Assembly (NCBI RefSeq): GCF_048593235.1
Contig: NC_133620.1
Coordinates: 335,435,765-335,499,764, forward strand
Direction of reading: 5' to 3'
Origin: Sminthopsis crassicaudata
Taxonomy: Eukaryota
Length of the DNA: 64,000 nt
Below are positions 58,301-64,000 of the stretch, piece after piece. Each line of letters begins with the position of its first letter. Position 1 is the first letter of the stretch. Made by a program: the position numbers and the translations under genes. The notes under the pieces were generated by a model. It had not been told where the DNA came from and did not search any database. It was given only the letters and a program-made list of their open reading frames with translations.

Positions 58301-61300
58301 CTCTCCCTCTCCATCCTCCCCCCCCCACCCCGTCCTCCCTCTGATCCCTTCATCTCCACATCTCGTTCACCCGGCTCTCCGTCTCCCCCTCCCTCCTCCT
58401 CCCCGTCCCCGTTTTGGTTCCTTCCAGTTCGTCTTTTATTTCCCAGCTCACCTCAACAAACGTTTGTTAAGTGCGTGTCGTGTGAAATTCCTCTTCTCCA
58501 TCCCTGTCCCCCGCCCTGCCTTCACCGCCGCCCCTTCCCTCCTGTTTCCATCTTTCTTCACAGCTGGCCCTCTCCTTTTCCTCTCCGTGTCCCTCTTTCT
58601 AATCACATTTCTGTCTCGTTATCCTTTACCTATCCCATCCCCCACCCCCTGTCTTCTCCTGTCCCCCGTTCTTTCCTCACAGCCTTGATCTTTCCTTCCC
58701 CTCACTTCCCCAAATGAGGATGTCTGATTCCCTCCCTCCCTTCTCCTCCGCTCCTTTCCAATTCCCATCTTCCCCTTTTCCAAGCTATTCACAACCGCAC
58801 CTCCTTCCATTCCCTCTTTCCTCTTGCTCTCTCCCTTATCTTTTCTCACCTGACTCAAGTCCTCACAGATATTCCAATAAAGAAAACTTGTCACTTTTGC
58901 ATTTCTTTTTATGGATTAGGTGGTTCTGCTCCTAAATAGACAGTTTCTTAGACTGGCAATACCAGGGAGGCTAATTTCCTATCTCTACTTTCTAACCATG
59001 GCTCTTCCCAGGGAATTTTTTAAAAATTAAATTGAAATTAATAAAAATCAAGTACACAAAAAGTTGAAAGTACCATTAAAAGTGATGAAGGTTTCCTTAA
59101 TACTTGCTAAAATGCAAGGAGGAATTATATCCTGTGACCCATATTCAATTCAATTAAGTAAAATTTAATGAACACCTCTATTTGTAAGGCATTGTGCTGG
59201 GTGTCAGGGATACAATGACAAAAAATAAAATAGCTCCTGACTTCAAGGAGTTTACATTCTACTGGATAAAGCAACATGGACATGGATAAGTGTAACAATC
59301 GATGATCCAGGGAGTAGAGGGAGGACTGGCACATTCTCACTAAGGGGCTCAAGGAAGCTTACTTCTAAAAAAGGGGGGTGGTCAGGACATTCTCAAACTC
59401 CCCCAAAAACTTTAGCCAAAGCTTTGTTTTGAGTCTCAATCAGGATCTCCCCAAAGGAATTAAAAGGGTCTCTTCTAGAAAGAAATTTATTGTAAAAATA
59501 GATCCTAGGAACTAGATAGCTATTTGTTTCCTGCACCATTAAAAAAAATGCTTAAATATGAGAGTGGCCCTTTAAGATGATATTTCATGTTTATAGGGCT
59601 TGTCTGATTTTGGACAATCGTTTGATTATTTAAGTCTGCCTTAAATTACTTATCTGGGGTTATAGGTCTGCCTAGATTTCTAAGAGAAACTAACTCTGAC
59701 TTTAAGTTCTGACACAACATTTGTTGTTGTTTTTTTTAAATGTAACAACCTGTAGTATTCAGGAGTGAAATGCATGCCAGAACTGTATCGTTATAGAAGG
59801 AATGTAATTTGTCTAATTACAGCCAGCAGATCAGAATGGATTTCTTAACTAAGCTAAAGTGGGATTAGTCATTCACAGAGAGGATCTAGATTCTGACCAC
59901 AGAAATATAGGAGAGGGAAAAGGGGAGAGAAGAAGTGGGGTAAAAAGGAGAAAGGACAGATTTCAGAACTGCATCTTTCAACAAAGATTGAAGCTTGAAA
60001 ACAGAAAATATAAGAAGCAATTCTATTGTTAGAGCTATATTGGTAAATATGAGGTTGTAATGATTAAACTAATGATTTTGATTTGTTGGTGTTCCCCTAC
60101 TTTCCCCGAGTGATCTGATTCTCTGACATGCTAACAGTACACACACAAAAACACAAACACCCCCCACCACCACCACCACCATCCAGTGCTTCACTTCTAG
60201 GAAACTATTCACATCAGATTCAAGAATGTCTGTGCTGTGGTCCAGAAATCTGTGGTTCTCACACTTAAAACCCTGCTCTAAACGAGTGAGCCCCACTCTA
60301 GGGAAGGTAGATTTCTCTTGAAAGTTGTTTCCCTTAATTTGAAATTAAATTTCTGTTTGATTCCTGATTCTGGCCTGCTCTGTGTGACTCTAACCACCCA
60401 CAGATTAGAGACCTAATGTCCAGTGTCAGTCCAGCTGACACTACATAAACGGATTTACCTGCAATCATATGTCCTTCTAGATATTAGTCAAGCACAGCCG
60501 AGCAGAGGAAGCATCTGTTCAATACAAAAGCTTCATTCATTAAAGAGCTTTTATGGACAGTTGCTGAGACAGAAAGAAGATATTGAACTTTAGAATTCCA
60601 GAGTTGAGAGTTATCTGGTCTTCCTCATTCATGTGCCTTCTTGGCAGGTTGATATAAGAGTGCACGCTTTTCTCCACAGATACTGAATTCTTTAGTAGGG
60701 GAGTATGACCCAGATTTATATGTGGGTTGTGTTGTATTGTTCCTGAATTTACTTTAATATATAAGTATCTCTTTTGGCTTACTAAATAATTGGTTGTGTT
60801 TAAGACCAAAAAGTGTCATTACTATGAGTAGTTGATTTTGCATAAATGGAAGCAACATTGATCAAACTACATTGCCAGATACTCAAAGCATGGTACAATA
60901 ACCTATCCTGTTATATTTTTCTGAGACTGTTAATAGGCATTTGGCCTTTATTTGGATTCTGCATTATCTTGAGTGATTCACTCTGAATCAAGTATGGATC
61001 AAGTGACAGAATCTATTTTGACAAATCAGGCATTCATGGCTCATTCTCATCTGTGGTCATCTTTTCCTCCAGGAAGCACTATAATGGCTGCAAAAACATC
61101 TCCCACACTGCAGCTAGAGCCAAATGAGGAAGCCAGAAACCCCTAAGCTCCACAGATAGCCACTAGGCTTAAGAACAATGTTCAGTGGTCTCCTCTGATC
61201 TGAGAAACACAAAACTGAAGAATCAGCTAGAGCTTGAACATCTAGTCTCAGATTTATCTAGATAAACACATACTCTTGCTGTTATTTATGAGCAGTTCCT

Positions 61301-63686
61301 CCTCCTGGAAAATCCAAGGGATAGAGGCTTAACATTGGGCAGAAAGAGTGAAAGTTGTCCCTACTTTTAAAGTCTACTAAGTGAACAACTCTTGATTCAC
61401 AATGGTCACTTTTCTTTGAGGAAGCCCCTCATAACAAGGACAAAAACGTGTTTACATGGAGACTAATCAGAAGCCTCTCTGAAAACAAATCTTGCTAGAA
61501 ATGCCCCAACTTAGATTCAACACTCTATGTCCCAGCCAGAACTTGTGTGTCACCAGAAGTGGCCAGGGCAGAAACCTATCCCCACTCACATTTCATAAGA
61601 TAGCCACTGTTAAGCAAAGCACTGTATACAACATAAATACAAGGTAATTTGGGAGAAAGTAATGGGATAGAGATAGATCTTGTCTAGGAAATGGCTCTTC
61701 AGGCTTTTGAATAAAGCTAAATTCTGAGAAGTAGATGAGAAGTGAGAGCATGGGACATTGTCCATGCAAAATTATGGAGGTGGAAATGGAATGTTGTGTA
61801 ACTGGAACAGCATGTGGTCTTGTTTGATTGAAACACAGAAGAACATGACCCTACTCCATCCTCATGTTGCCTTAGATTGTTAACTACCCAGTGGCAGGAA
61901 ATGTATTTACAAAGTGGTCTGTATCACACTTAACGAGTATGGTGAGGATTTTGACCATATGCAACTATAGTGACAACCTTTAGGGTCCAAAATAGGCTAT
62001 TAAAATACTTATTGATGTCTCCCAATTCTTACATCAAAGATTCCTTGAAAGTTATAACAACAGATTTTTGTTGTTATTTTTATTCATGTCAAACTTTCCA
62101 TGATCCTTTTTGGGATTTTCTTCTCAAAGATCCTGGAGTAGTTACTTCCTTCTCCATCTCATAGTACAGATAAGGAAACTGAGGCAAACAGGGTTAAGTG
62201 ACTTGCCCAGGGTCACACAGCTACTAAGTGTCTGAGCTGGATTTGAATCCAGGTCTTCCTGACTCCAAGACTGGTAATCTATTCACTGTCCCACCTAACT
62301 ACCAGGAACAACAGCTATCATGGTTTCATGACCATCTGGTAAAACAGGGGAGTTGTGACAAAGTCTCATTATTCCTACCTGAACTTCCTCCAGGATAATC
62401 CTCCAGTATATTCCTGGTATACATCTAAGTTTCTCAGCTAGGTACAAGAAGTCTCCAGCTTCAGTATAAAAAGAAGAGACCATAGATTCCCATTAAAAAA
62501 GCTACAAAAATATAGAAAACATTCAAACAGTCCATTACTTTCTGCCCTGTTGATCTTGATTTTGCAGTACCCTGACAGTCCAGGGAATTCCTGCTCTCCC
62601 ACACAGGCATACAATTCATTCCAGACTAATGTCCCAGCCATGGTTCACAGTCCCCCTCCCCCAAAAGGCAAACATCTTTTTAAAAAGACATCTCCTTTTT
62701 GTCTGACCTGTGCTATTTGAGTACTGGAAGGACAGATTCTAAAGTCAACCCCTAGAGCAAAAATAGAATATTGTTAATATTCCCTTCTCTCTACAGCTCT
62801 CCAAGATGAACAGCCTTTGGCATGTTGGCACAGTGTAGAAAGGGGAAGTTGGCAAATCAGATCCCTAACACTGGGATTGGGACTGACTATAAGGGCTGGC
62901 CACTCCTAAGTGGTTAAGGAAGCTGGATTGGAACTGGCACAGCAGCTGGATGAGAACTAGACCCTCCCCAACCTGAGCTAATAGGTTCCCCCCCCCTGCC
63001 ATTCTCCCCTGACTTCTTCTTCCATCTCCCCCTGAATCATGAGGAGTCAAGAATCTCCAGGAGGAGGTAGGGTCTTTTGGAAAGGACTCAAGTGAAGGGG
63101 AGGGATGGATCAGAAAACTCATATTTCCCATCTCACAATCAGGGGCACAAACTTAGTAGAATGTCAGGTAGAATCACAAACACTATTTAAATTGTTCCAT
63201 CTTTTACCCAGAATATAGGTGAATTTTCATTAAGTTCAATGCATCAATGATGCAACTCAATCAACCAACAAATATTTATTGAACACCTATTATGTGCCAG
63301 GAACTACCTGCCAGAAAAAGCAGAATTTTCTGGCACTAAAAATACATGCAATTATGAAAAGTAATATCTAACATTATCCCATATTGTACCCTCCCCTATC
63401 TACTCATATCCTTTGTAGCTGTCCATCTTGCCTAACTTAGTTTACCTCTCTCTATCAAAGGAATAGAGACGTTTCTGTAGTTTGTTATGGTTGAGTTCTT
63501 TCAATAAAATCCAACTCTTCATGACATTGGAATGGTTTGCCATTTTCTTCTCCAGTCCTTTTTACAGATAAGGAACCTAAAACAAGCAGAGTTTAGTGAT
63601 TTGCCAGGGGTCACACAGTTAGAAGTATCTCAGGCTGGATTTGAACTCAGGACGATGATTAAACTGTGACTTTGAGAATAACTAAA

Positions 63687-63818
63687 CAGGGGCTTCTAGA
63701 TGGCACAATAGATAGAGGTCAAATCTGGCCTAAGACACTTAATACTTAGCTGTCTGATACTAAGCAACTCACTCAACCCCAACTGCCTCCAAAGAAAAAA
63801 AGAAAGAAAAAGAAAAGA
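63687..63818 (+). mobile_element. WSINE1-like SINE (internally deleted) with A-rich tail and TSD
   Basis: GAGAATAACTAAA (63674-63686) and GAGAATAATTAAA (63819-63831) flank the element, with 1 mismatch. Confidence 0.75.
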
Positions 63819-63889
63819 GAGAATAATTAAATTATATTGACCTGAGAACCAAGATCTAGCATATACCATCATTAAGACTTCAACCAAAT

Positions 63890-64000
63890 ATATGAAGGTT
63901 ATGGAATATTATTGTTCTGTAAGAAATGACCAGCAGGAGGAATACAGAGAGGCCTGGAGAGACTTACATCAACTGATGCTGAGTGAAACGAGCAGAACCA
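63890..64000 (+). mobile_element. Young LINE-1 3' segment, continuing beyond the window
   Basis: GAATATTATTGTTCTGTAAGAAATGACCAGCAGG...CTGATGCTGAGTGAAACGAGCAGAACCA. Confidence 0.8.

Noticed and set aside
56826-58717. Several 200-320 aa Gly/Pro/Arg-rich ORFs on both strands
   Set aside because: Stop-codon depletion is expected in a CpG island. The only supported coding segment is HID1 exon 1.
59360-59715. Possible old LTR on the minus strand (TGTCAGAAC start, AATAAA)
   Set aside because: I could not define a 3' terminus or TSD, so it needs a repeat-library search.

Overview
Marsupial genomic DNA (inferred from WSINE1-, MAR1- and marsupial L1-type repeats; a dasyurid such as Tasmanian devil is plausible but not proven), with four N-gaps. 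It carries the conserved vertebrate block USH1G - OTOP2 - OTOP3 - HID1. USH1G (minus) contributes only coding exon 1. OTOP2 (plus) is complete: 6 coding exons, 558 aa. OTOP3 (plus) has 7 coding exons, but exon 3 is 136 bp instead of 137 bp, a 1-bp frameshift. HID1 (minus) has 19 coding exons and about 795 aa, with two exon ends falling in gaps. I built exon models by hand from remembered human protein sequences, GT/AG sites and phase checks. I found no new gene family or novel biological system. The best leads are: (1) the OTOP3 frameshift (real loss or assembly error); (2) paired POU4F/Brn3-type sites at the OTOP3 promoter, with the same 11-mer in a motif cluster 3' of the gene; (3) a solo LTR and a TSD-flanked nested L1 stack in HID1 intron 1; (4) a 2.2-kb hAT-Charlie relic in HID1 intron 6; (5) a cryptic ~16-bp minisatellite in OTOP2 whose unit recurs elsewhere; (6) a 9-aa longer HID1 exon 15.
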